DNA of 64,000 nucleotides from Macrostomum lignano (Eukaryota): NCBI GenBank assembly GCA_002269645.1, contig NIVC01000324.1, positions 1 to 64,000 of the forward strand, read 5' to 3'. Shown piece by piece: positions 1 to 11,589 of this stretch (position 1 is its first letter; each line of letters starts with the position of its first letter). The notes under the pieces were generated by a model. It saw only the letters and a program-made list of their open reading frames with translations, ran no database searches and was not told where the DNA came from. The position numbers and the translations under genes were made by a program.

Positions 1-3000
1 AGGTGCCTGGAAGAAGTGTCATGTGACGTATCGTCTTAAATTCCGTCAACAGCGCCTGCATCAAAAAGCGACACTGCCGAAGTCGCCTACAAACGTGCGA
101 GGCGTCGTCTGAAACTCGTAGCAAGTGCAAGCATTGCCACCGAATAATTCGCACAGTCTCGTGGCGCTTGAACCGACGTAAGTGCTCGTGCACTCGAATA
201 ACTCGCAAGCGAAAGGTCGAATGCGATTGTGGAAGCGGAATAGTCGGAAGACTGTTTGCAAGCACGGAGCGTTCGTCACGAGCATTGTCAAGTATCATCA
301 AAAAGGCGAGAAGTGTGCCAAGGTTGTCCGAAAGATTACAAGAGCTGTCCGTAAGTTTAACCTTCTTTTTTCGGTAAAAAGCTACTCATATTAGCGATGC
401 AAATTACTCCTAAATATAATGTATTTATCGTGCAACACTCAATCAGGCTGCAGTCGTCGCCACATCAAGCGAATTTTGAAGGGCACCTGTGTGAAAAAGG
501 CTGGTCATAAGCGCCGCGGCTACCAGAAGCTGTTACGGCTGTGGCACGAGCGTCGTGGTTGCAAATGCTACCGAAAACGAGTCTATTCCTGGGTGCCATG
601 CGTCTGTCACCTGATTAAGAAATACCGAACAAAACGATCGGTTTATTGCAGCCGGGTCACGTGACTGTTCACAAGAAAGTTTATTACGTTCTAAAGAGGA
701 AGAGCCACAGATGTGTAAAGCGTGTCCACAAACGAAGGACTCCAGTTGGTGAGATTTATGTTTAAGCTTATTTACTGGTTTTAAGCTAATCTGTAGGCAG
801 CACAAAGCAAATCGAAATTCAGGATAGTTGGTTAGGTATCTATTTAGGTCTACAATCAGTGAATTTAGGTTAGTTATAGTTGTACTGATGCAATGTCTAC
901 TGATGCAATAACTTCCAGTATGCAAGGGCACCAGGACCCGACGCAGTCGTTGCAAGCCAAACGGCAAAGGCGACAAGTTTTCTGTCACACGAGTTCTGCG
1001 TCAGCGCAGCGATGGCAAATGCGGCTGTGCTTGGCGTTCGGAGAGCACGCGTAAAAATGTTTGCCACTGCCGTCCACCTCGCCGAATTAAGCGCTGCGTG
1101 CAGAATAAGACGCGTCAACAAATCCTTATCCGCTACCACCCAGTTCGCGGACGCAGTCACTGCAAAGGAAAGCGCCGTGTTTACAACAAGCATCTGTCCT
1201 GCCCGAGCAACTTCTCCCGACGAGACAAGTGTCATCGATGTACTTTTCAGTTAGAAAATACGCTTATCATCCGGAAAAGTGTCGCTGCGTAGCACGAAAG
1301 GTTGCCACAAAGCGACTCCGCTGCTGCTGTCCAAATCCTGTCACAAAGCGTCACTGCGATGCCAAACGACATATGATTGTCACCGTCAGGAGCATCTACA
1401 AGCTGCGACACTATCGCTGTCATCGCCGACGCGTCACGCGCACTCGCCGAGTTCGTTGTGGACGAACGCGACCCCTATACCGCGTGTCTAAGTGCAGCAA
1501 GGACGGTTTCCGTAAAATTCGCAAAATGTGGCGTTACACGGTCGGTTGCTTGTGTCGCAAGCGCACGGTTGTCCGCAAGCAACGTTGCTCATGCCCGCAC
1601 GCTCGCGTCTACAAGCCCGGAAAGTGTGGTCGCCGCTTTGCTCACGACGTCTGGCTAGGTTACAAACTAAAAGACACTGGCGTGAAAATTCCCGGCACCA
1701 ACAAACCAGTGTTAAAGTGCGTAAAAGTGGTTGTCGATAAACGAAAGCGCCGTTGCCGCTGTCCAAAGCCATACCGTCGGTCGATCTGCGTAGAGACAAC
1801 CTCATTCTCCGGATAACCGTTTCTTATCGCCTGCACGCTAATAGCTGTCAGCGAAAGCGAGTTGTTCGTAAGCGACGCTTGTCCTGTCGTCGTCGTCCCC
1901 ACCTTGTTCGTCGGATAGTATCGCCAGAAAAGTGTTCAGCAAAGCATGGCTATTCCCAGAAACTAACATACATTTACGTGCATGCAAAGGGCTGCCATTG
2001 TAAAAAGACCCGACGAGTGAAGCATAGAATCTGCGACTGTTTCCGCAAGTACGGTGGCAAAAAGCATCATGTTAAATGTGTTAAGCACAACCGGCTGTTT
2101 AGGCGCAGCTTTTGGATGGCAAAGCGCGGTAAAGGCTGCGTAAAGCGAGTCAAAACTGTCGCCAAGACAATCCGTTGTGCCAAGAAGGTACGCATTCGTT
2201 CCGGTCCGTGTAAGCGCTCGAGCGGGAAGAAATCTTTCCGTTCTATCATCTGGTTGCCCGTCACTGTCGCTGCGTTTGGCAGCTGGTGCGCCGCGCAAAA
2301 GCTGCTTGCCGATGTCCGCCATCGAAGCGCTCCACGCGTTGTCACAAGAATGCTAGCTGGGTGACAACCAAGTTCAAGTGGCGTCTAGTTGGAAGCGGGC
2401 CAAAAGCTCGCTGTGTCCTGCACAAGCGGAAAATAGTGCGCCATATCAAGTGTCGGGTTGGTCGACGAGTTCGTCGCTCAAGCCGCTGCAATAACTCAGG
2501 CTACAAAGTCACCGAAGCCACTACTCGAAGACTAGTGAAATGCAAGTGCATGAAGCGCACTGAACGTCAAAAGTGCAGGTGCCGATGCCCAAAGAATCGT
2601 AAAGCGCGCGTATGTCGCGGCAGTGTGTGGGTGACGGAGCGCATTACTCACAAGCTGGCCAAGTGCGCTTGCAGAACAACGCGTCAAGTGATTAGAGAGC
2701 CGGTTTCCTGTCCGAAGAAAACTCGAGTACAAGGCCCCTGTCGGCGTGGCAAAAACGGAGATTTCTACAAAAAAGTTGTGCGAACAAGTTGGAGGATTAG
2801 TGGGTAAGCTTTGCATTCACGGACTTTGTATTTTCATTGACACTATGCGATGTACAAATACAAACTAGGCCTTTATAGAAAATTTGTGATCCATTTTTAA
2901 ACAAATGACGTTCATTGATGATTTTCATTTTTAGCTGCAAATGCAAACGCATCCGCAAAATCCGACACCGCCTCTGCGGCTGCGACGCCCAACAACTTAA

Positions 3001-6000
3001 GCGTCGCATTTGCGAATCTGGATTTGTTCGCGTCACAGTCGTCTGGAAGCGACTGTTAGTTAACAATGCATGCCGCCGAGTGCGAAAGTATCGGCGAAAA
3101 GAACGCCTTCACTGCGGCCGGGTTCAAGTGCGTCAAGTGTGCGACAGACGGAGCGGCAAATTGAGCGTGTTTGCTATTAGGCCCTACGCCAAGAGTTGCC
3201 GTTGTCATAAGCGTGTGGTTCGGCGCCTACGACGATGCGGTGAGCCGATGCTCAAATTATAGATAAATGGCACTTTCCCAATAAGAGCTCATTAGCAGTG
3301 CTTCGTCTTAGCTAGTTGTAGCCTACTAGTTGGAGCGTCGGGCTCACGGCTTTGAGGTCGGGGGTTCGATTCTCGACCCATTAGGAACAATTTTTGTCCT
3401 TGAGCAAGACACCTAACTCTGCATTGCGTCAGTTCACCCAGCTGTAAAATGGGTGCCAGCATTAGCTGGGGTAATTGAGGATGGGTGTGGTGACCTCCCC
3501 CCCCCCAGTCCTTAGACTGAACAGCCGTACGCAGCCTTTAGATGCGCCGTGTAATAGCTTCGGCTGAGCTGTCGGTTGCACATCTGCCCATTAGTGTAGG
3601 TGTAGTCAATTATTATTCATATTATTAGTGTTATGATATCAAGTAAATCAATGCATCTTTAATAATTTTAGGCTGCCACCAGCGCCGCAAGATGAAGGTT
3701 GGAAAGTGCAACCGTCATACGTGCCGGCAGCGGCTGTTGTATTTGCGTCGAGTATTCAACAAGGCGTCCGAAGAGTGCGTATGGCGACGTTATCAAAAGC
3801 AGCGGACCTGCTGCTGTAAGGGAGTGAAACGCCTGGAAAAGTGCAAGCACAAAGAGGGCCAACGAGTCGTCAAGGTTCTTAAACGTGTACTCAAACATTG
3901 GAGCTGCGTCACTGTGGCGACAGAAGTCCGTCATCAAATTAGTAAGTGAAATTAAAGCTTTGCTAGACAACTGGTAATTTTATCTATAATTTCGCAACTA
4001 TTCGTTCCAGAATGCAAGCGTCATTTGACTGTAATGAAAAAGCGTCAGAAGAACGGAGTCCTCAAGCTGGTCAAGTGTTGGACGGTGCGCAAAGGTTGCG
4101 GTTGCGGTAAAAGATGCAAAACAATGTTCCGACGCTACCGTAAGTACTGAATGTTTCGTTGTTTTCCTTTATATTCTAAAGATTGGAAGATTTGGCTCTA
4201 TTGTGTCAAAGTAACAATTCATACCCACCCGACAGGCTGCAAGCGTCCATTGAAACGCAAAAGATGCATCTGCGTCAATGGCAAGTGTCGCACCCAGCTT
4301 ATGTTAAAGCATTGGCGTCTGGCCCACGGCGGATGCTACGGCCAGATCCGGGTCCGCACTCGGCCCACCGTTTGTCCGCCAGTGCTATTCAGCCAAAGCA
4401 GATGCGCCGTGCCTACAAAGTACGGCTTCTACCGTGTTAAGCGCACTGTTCACTGGCGCCAGAAGCGCTGCCGTTGTGTGCGCATCATCAAACGTCAATC
4501 TGTCGTGTGTCGCTGCTGGCGATCAAGCTCGAAAAAGCGCTGTCATCGACGACGCGGATTGATTGAGCACATCCGAGTTCACTATCGAATCAACAAGGGC
4601 CGTTGCGTGAAATCGATCAAGCGAACGCAGCGTCGGGTGAAGTGCGGTCATAAAAACTGGCGCTATTCGCGACGAGTTGCCCACCCGAAGCGCAAGGATG
4701 TACACTTGAAGATCTACGTAAAACACGTCCGAATTGGTTGCAATTGTAAAAAACAAATTAAGCGAGTGCCCTGCAGATCAAGGTTAGCTGCTTCTGCTAA
4801 AATTTCGAGGTCTGGGCTTCCATTAAAATATAATTAATTTTTTGTTTCTAATCTACTATTTATTTACCCCAGGTGCCGACCATGCATCAAAAAGCGTCGC
4901 TGCAGCTCCGCTGGTAGAGTACTCGTCAGTTCAAGAATTTGCTGGCACCTTTCTAATTGTCGATGCATCCGTCGAGTGGTCGTCAAACGACACCGTGTAC
5001 GCTGTCCGCGTTCTCGACGTCGGACAATCTGTCATCGTAACAAAAAGTGTGCCGTTGCAATAGCCACTAAGCAATACCGTGTTCAAGGTTGCCGATGCGT
5101 AGCGAAAACCAAAGTGCATCGAACTGGCCTAAAGTGCTGCTGTCCTGGGCCAAGGAAAAGTCGCAAATGCGTCCGCGGTTCCATACGCCATCGAACTGTC
5201 CGTTACCAGTTGCGCGATGGTCGCTGCCACGCTATCGTTTCCAATGCCTTCCGACCAGTACAATGTCCCAAAAAGCGTCGCCACGTTGTTCGCGGACGCT
5301 GCCGTAACGGTCGACAGGCCTACGTCCAGCACTTTTGGACTAAGCGCGGCTGTCGATGCGTTCGAGTAAAACGCTCCTATCACCGCCGATGCGGTTGTCG
5401 GTACAAGATAGTCGAGCTGGTTGTCGCTGTGGATCTTCATTCTCCGGAGAAGGAAGGCAGTCCAAACTATCGATCGCACGTCTCCGATTTTCTTGAAGTA
5501 GTCCTGCGCCAATTCGAATCCGGCTCAGCGAAGGTTCGCACGATGTTGTTCACATACAGCTCAACTGTGCGCAAGCATCACATCGAGTCCAGCGAGAATG
5601 ATGCTTCTGCACTGTTCAACGATTTCACTAACAGTAAGACAAATCTTTTCGGCGCTCTGAAAGCTATTAAGGCTCACCTGGTTCGCAGCAGGCGTCAATA
5701 TTCGAATAAAGTCAAGCGAATCGTGCTCGTAGTGACCAGAGGAAGGCATACAAAGAGCAGGCGCTCGATTTTACTCGCGGATAAGATCAAACACATGGCT
5801 CGATTGTTCGTCATCGGATTCGGTTCGCTGCCTAAATCAGGTCGCTATGTTAAATGGTTGGCTAGCAGGCCAAGACGGGTGCATTATCTGAGGATGAAGA
5901 AGACACAAGAGTAAGTCTAGGCAATAACTCCTGACTATCCGGACATATAAGTAGTATAAACGCATATAAATTTCAAAAGTACCAAGCACAAAACATCTTG

Positions 6001-9000
6001 GTACTTAGTATTGTTCTTAATAAGACAGAAAGCATTGAGAGGCTGGTTAAGGTCAGGTAAAGTTCCTGGACCAAGTTCCAGCGTGTTAGTGCTCGTAGTA
6101 GTAACGAAAGATAAAATATTTACGACCCGCGCAGTCAGTAGTAAGTATTTTTAAGTAGCCAATAGTAAGTACCACTGATTTTTCAGATACAAGTTCATCG
6201 CTTCGCGAATCTTTGAGCACGCCTGTCACAAGCATTGTCGACGACGACCTAAACGTCATATTGGCAAGTGCAAGCGCGACACGTGCCGTCGTCTGCTTAC
6301 CGAAGTCACGTGGCATCGTGACAAGCGCAGCGGAAAGTGCGTCCGACGTCGCCGGACAAAATCTCGCACCTGCTGCTGCAGAGGTCACAACTCGAATCGT
6401 CTGGTGTGCAGAAACGGTCGCCGACTTCGAATGATTGTCCGATACAAGTTCGACGGGCGTCGAGGCGTCTGTCATAGGCGAGTTCATAAAATCGACACTT
6501 CAGCCTCGCTAAACGCTCGCTGCCGTCCAGTCAAACTGCGACGTCGCGGCTCTTGCAATGCTAAAGGCTGGCGTCGCGACGTTTTGGTACATCGCTACGT
6601 CACTAAGAAATCTTGTCGATGCCGCACAAAACGGCGCCACCTACGCGCTGTTCGCTGCCGTTGTCCATCGACTAGGCGTCAGCGAATATGTCGACGCAAT
6701 CGACGCGGTCATTGGTACCGTGTTACCTGCCGTATTGACTACAAACTGCATCGTCGCGGTTGCAAAAAGCGGAAAAATTGTTCAAAGCGTCGAGTCGTTT
6801 GTCGACACAAGAAAAGAGTTGTCCGGGTTCGAGGCCGGTGCCATCGACATAGCTGCCGTCGCCAAAACAGTGTAGTCACATACAGCGTTCATAAATGTCG
6901 CTGCAGGAGAAGAGTCAAGACTTTAACTCAAGTCTGCTGTAAGTATTCGTAAGAGTATTTGCATGCGTGCTTAGAATACAAAAATGCGTCTTGCTCGTTG
7001 AAAACCAGCCACGTATGCAAAAAGCAGGCGCGGCGCATCCAAAGGCTGTGTACAGCTAGGTGCCCATAACTTCCGTCCAGAATTTTCACCACAGCTCAGG
7101 GCCATCTATCTTATCAGAGTTAGGTAAAGTGAAGCTCAACTTCATTTTTTGTCTTTTCTTACTGTGGCTATTTTGAGGGGTGACACTATACGACGTAGCC
7201 TATTAGGTTGCGCACTAACCGCGAAAAACTCTGCTTAACTTGCCTCTCTAGCAGTGAATTTACTAGCCTACTAAGCTAGGGACCTTCTGGCCTACTAGAG
7301 CGCTATTATGGCATTACAAAAGTCGCTCTATTAAAACATTTTCGGAACATTTTCAACAGGCTGCAAGCGAAAAAGTCGTAAGCACAGTTTCTGCAACAAG
7401 CGCCGACACGCTATAGTTCGAGTTAAAACGCACTACCGCCTGGTTCACGGCGCTTGTCGCCCTGTCTCGCGCAAGACGGAGCACCCCATCCGATGTCGCA
7501 CCGATCGTCGTAAGCTACCGGGCCACTGCCGACGCCACAAAAACGGCTTTTATCGACGCGTAGTCACGCAGACCTGGCATCGACGTGGCTGTCGTTGCAT
7601 TCGACGAACACGTAAAAGTGGTTTGCGCCTTTGCCGATGCTCGTCGAAGAGACGCAAAGTTCAGCGCTGTCTGTCGCGACGTGGAGTGATAGTTACAATC
7701 GAGAGTTGGCTGCATCCGCGCGGCAACAGCTGTAAACTGCGCAGTCGCACCGTCGGCCGAGAGCGAGTCACCTGCAGCCATCGTCGCGTTCGAGTTAAGG
7801 GTCGCTGCGGTCGCGGCAAAGCGGCAAAGGCGGCCGCTGCTGCAGCGAAGGACGGTCGGAAATTCGCTATTGAAACTGTCACGTGGCAGCGCAGGGCTGG
7901 CTGCAAGTGCAGGCAAGTTGAAGCGTTTTTGATCTTGATTTGTTTATCTTGTCTTTTATCTTTCTGTTTTATCTTTATCGTCTTTTTGCAGACGGATCCG
8001 CCGCTCCCACGTCCGCCTCTGTGCATGTACAAAACGCGTTCGTCGAGTGACACGTTGCCATGCCAACCGCCAACTTTCGGTTACGCTTTATCATCACCGT
8101 CTGGCGCATTCTCGCAATGGATCTGCGACATGCAAAATCGTACGAAAAACTTGCCGCCACCGAGTCCGCTGCCGTCGACCAGTGATCCGCATGGGACGAA
8201 AATGTCACTCAGGCAAACGAACTGTCATCGTTAAAGTCTTCACGCCGAAGAAATGTCGCTGCAAAGCAAAACTTTACCGACGTTTGATAGCCTGCAAAGC
8301 CGCCTGCACTGACAAGCTTCCTAGCAAGGTGTGCAAGAAGTGGGCCGCATCTCGTAAAATTAAGATTTGCCGTCGACACCCCCACTTGGCTGATCGGCTG
8401 TGCGCTGCAACATGTGGAAAATGTAAGCTTAGGATAGTGGAACTGTCTTCGATTTTCCATTTTTATAACTAAGTTATGACTCTATTTAATTTACCATCAA
8501 ACAGGCTGCAGCAAATCGACAATCGTCCACGTAGGAGAGCACTGTCTGCTGGCTCAAAATCGTACACTGCTTGCCAGTCAAAATGATACGAGTAGCAACC
8601 ATAAACTTACCCTTGCAAAGCTGACCACGTTTGAGGCCTGCAGCCGTTCCTGCTTGGCTAATCCTCACTGCCGAGCCTTTGACTATAAACGCAGCAGCGG
8701 CCACTGTCGCCTGCTCCGCATCAACCACCACAGCCTCGACCGCGACCTTCCGGAACTCAAGCCCACCCCGGGCTGCCTGCTGTTCGAAAAAGCTTGTCAA
8801 CGAAAGCCAAAAGGCTGCCCGCATCGACGCATTCAGAAGTCTTGGGCCTGCGTTTGTCGTCGATTCTTTGGCAAGGATCGACGTCCGCTGTGTTATCGAC
8901 GCGCTCTCGTCGCTGTTTACTTCCGACGCAGCCGCCGCCGCTGTGTCCACAAACTTCGCCGAATTTTAATTCCTTGCCACGATTGCGAGGACAAGAAGCG

Positions 9001-9911
9001 CTGGTGTCAACAAGCCGCTCGTAAGGGCAAGTGCGCCAAGGATTCCCGCGTGAGAAAACTTTGTCCGCACAGCTGTCACAAGTGCGCCCGACATCGCACT
9101 CGGGCAGGACGCGCAGGTCATGGTCATCGGCTAATGCGCCGTCGCATTAGTGCTTGCTCCAAATCTGGCTGGCGTAAGATCGTTCGAGGTGGATTGTACT
9201 ACGACAGGCGACTGAAGCTGTGGCGAGTTTATAAGGGAGTGAGTCACAAACGCTGCATTCGCTGCCCAATCGGTTCCAGACTGATTGTTGGACGCTGCAC
9301 CAAGCACGGCAAACGGAAGCTGACCTGGATTGTGGTTACTAGACACAGTCGTCGGGGTCATCACGGTCGACCCTGTCGAATCAAAAAGAAACATCGCGTG
9401 GTGAGCTGTCGCGGCTGCGGCGGACTCGATCTAGTTCGAAAAGTTGGCCATTGCGTTCGCAAGCCGGGACACGGCTGGCACCGCGTGGTGACGAGTACAT
9501 TCACGGAGCGCGACAGTCGTAAGCATCGCTGCATTGTGCGCCACCATAAGAACACATTCGCGTGCTCGCCGAAGTGTCCCAAGCGTAGCGTTAGCCGGTC
9601 TCGGTGCAAGTGCGGCCGTCGCGTTGTTTGCACTCGGTATTATGTCACCTACCCCGGTCGGCGCCGCTGCGTGGCTAAGAAGATCACCCGAAGCGAGAAA
9701 TGCGTCAGTGCCGCCTCTGGTAAGAACCGTCCTTGACGTCAAATTACTTTTTACAAGCATGAACAAATCCACTATAGTGATCTACAATTTCTAACTCTTT
9801 TTAGATTGCAACGATCAAATCAAGGCGCACGATTGTCAAGCAATCAAGCACTCGGGAATGTGCTCTACGCTGCACCGTCTATGCGCGAAAACTTGCGGTC
9901 GCTGCAAGTAG
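1..9911 (+). CDS. Giant polycationic (Arg/Lys/His) Cys-rich repeat protein with vWA, PAN/apple and three ShKT domains; 5'-incomplete, about 2,600 aa in the window
   Basis: Exons joined by hand with consistent intron phases: 1-350, 447-748, 919-2803, 2935-3239, 3672-3941, 4011-4139, 4236-4782, 4873-5910, 6187-6938, 7360-7912, 7992-8422, 8505-9719, 9805-9911 (stop TAG at 9909-9911). All introns are GT-AG except 7913-7991 (GC-AG). Six single-base frameshifts occur in 1-2300; the frame is clean afterwards. Confidence 0.9.
3314..3540 (+). mobile_element. tRNA-derived CORE-type SINE, copy 1 (in an intron of the giant gene)
   Basis: A-box-like tagcctactagttggagcg and B-box ggttcgattc, followed by ccttgagcaagacacctaac...tcagttcacccagctgtaaaatggg, which closely resembles the MIR/CORE domain. 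A second copy lies at 46464-46684. Confidence 0.75.
5400..6232 (+). other. von Willebrand factor A domain within the giant protein, split by intron 5911-6186
   Basis: IVELVVAVDLHS...VRTMLFTYSS...TNLFGALK...KRIVLVVTRG...LFVIGFG...LAS...FIASRIFEHAC follows the vWA beta/alpha order. Confidence 0.8.
8290..8506 (+). other. ShKT domain 1 of the giant protein
   Basis: CTDKLPSKVCKKWAASRKIKICRRHPHLADRLCAATCGKC has the six-Cys ShK spacing ending in CxxxCxxC; the last Cys codon spans the intron. Confidence 0.85.
8540..8800 (+). other. PAN/apple domain of the giant protein
   Basis: TTFEACSRSCLANPHCRAFDYKRSSGHCRL matches the PAN motif C-3x-C-5x-C-x-AF-x-Y-5x-C-x-L. Confidence 0.8.
8975..9090 (+). other. 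ShKT domain 2 of the giant protein
   Basis: CEDKKRWCQQAARKGKCAKDSRVRKLCPHSCHKC. Confidence 0.85.
9805..9911 (+). other. ShKT domain 3, encoded by the terminal exon
   Basis: DCNDQIKAHDCQAIKHSGMCSTLHRLCAKTCGRCK followed by stop. Confidence 0.85.
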
Positions 9912-10023
9912 CATTTGCGCTCCGAAACTGAAAACTTTATTCAAAGCACTCAAAGCACTCTGGTCAAGAAAACTGATTACATTTGTTGTGGTGGTTGAAC
10001 TGAAGCGAGTGACGCTACTCAAA

Positions 10024-10029
10024 AATAAA
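10024..10029 (+). promoter_or_regulatory. Probable polyadenylation signal of the giant gene
   Basis: AATAAA about 113 nt after the stop codon. Confidence 0.5.
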
Positions 10030-10694
10030 ACCATTTAGCTGACGAAATTATATTTATCATTTGACGCTCAACTGACTTTGCGTGCCTTATTTAGGGTAAT
10101 TAAGCTCTCAATTATAATTAAGTTAGGCTGTGTTAAGTTAGACTTGAAAAAAAGGTAAAGTTGCATGCTAAATGGACTAATTTGACCCCAAAAATGCACT
10201 CAGTTTGTCGTGATTAAGCCATTTCGAGCCCGCGAAATCTGTCACAAAGTCAGTCAGGCTTGTCTCTAAAATGAGACACTAGATTATAGAAAGGGAGACG
10301 AGGTTGCTCAAAGCTAAGGAAGGTCCTTCGAAGCGGTCGCATTCACTTCTTCCTTAGTTAACGGGTTGGGCAGGTAATTGAGTTAAACGAAAAAAGAAGG
10401 TAGGTAGAAAAGAAATAAGAGGTTGGACGGTCTGAAGCTGAGAGACGTCAGTCACTTCCTTCTATAAAGGCGTCTGCCCGGATTCAAACCAGCCTGCCTA
10501 ACCTCATATTTCCGTGCGCTTAACCCTTCTCAGTTCCTCGTCATAAGGAAGCTTTTATATCCTTCGTGCCTGGAGTTCTCTTTCTCAGTCTCTCATTAGC
10601 GGCGAATTTTGTAAAGCTGCAACTGACCATGGAATGGGTGACAAGTAGATCTTCTCGCCTTAGTAATTCTACTTATCCTGACTGTGGTGCTACA

Positions 10695-10885
10695 CAGTGA
10701 GCAGGCACACAAGCGCGCGGATACGTACGCAGTCATACGCACAGGCACACACTCACACAGGACAGTACATCTGCCCTAACTTCAATAATTATCGTTAGGG
10801 GCGTTAATTGCACGAGCAGAGCGAAGCCGAGATTCAAATTTTGCCTCAAATTAATGTGACTGCACTTGGAATCGCTAGACCACTG
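10695..10885 (-). mobile_element. Interspersed SINE-like repeat family X, copy 1 (partial)
   Basis: The reverse complement shares gattccaagtgcagtcac/gcattaattt...gctctgctcgtgcaattaa...cctaacgataa...tgtgtgagtgtgtgcctgtgcgt with the copies at 25826, 34850 and 40155. Confidence 0.7.
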
Positions 10886-11589
10886 ACTCTGGTGCTGATG
10901 AAAAGCTTTAGGTATTGCTGACCTGGTCTACCTAAGTAACACTCCATAGTTTATTAATATACTTGAAGCAATTGACTCAATGGTGATACTTTAGCGCCTA
11001 TTGTATCAGATTTTGCGATTCAACTACTCAGATGTAGGGATGAACGTATTTATACTGTGTATAGTTATTGACTAAGCGAGACTTCACTCAACGAGAAATC
11101 GGTCCTGCAGTTGGATTAGGAGCAAATATAGTTAATACAGAGAGAGCATTGTCAACAGAACCGACATAAAGAGAGAGAGATTGCAATGCATTGCTACCTA
11201 CAAATAAACCGTATATTATCGATTGCAAAAGCAATTTGCAATGAATATGAATGAGTAGATGAAGCACCTGGCTAGTTACTCTAGTTTATTAGTATTGGCT
11301 CCTAAAAATGTAAGATTCTGCAGGGGAAAATACCGACTGAGACAAGCTGAAATACCGCCAGTTCAATTAGCGCCTTCCCTTATTTAATAACATCAGCGCG
11401 AAGCTGGTACGCAATGAAAAAAGCCACATCACTTTCAAGGCAGGAAATTTGTTTTCTGAGTTGCCTGGATTTATCGTCACACTATCTGATGTTGTACTTG
11501 TCGTTGCGTGCTATAACCACGGAGAAAACCATAGCATTCTGATATTTGAACTATAGTTTAGATGTAACAACAACGGCGAAAATGTCTCA

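Noticed and set aside
533-9794. Many Ala/Val/Ser/Thr-rich alternative-frame and antisense ORFs over the giant gene
   Set aside because: Shadows of CGN/TGY-rich codon usage; the spliced Cys/Arg frame explains the region.
10470-10530. tRNA-like fragment on the minus strand (ggttaagcgc...ggtttgaatcc)
   Set aside because: No complete cloverleaf; at most a SINE-head remnant. No genuine tRNA gene could be supported in the window.
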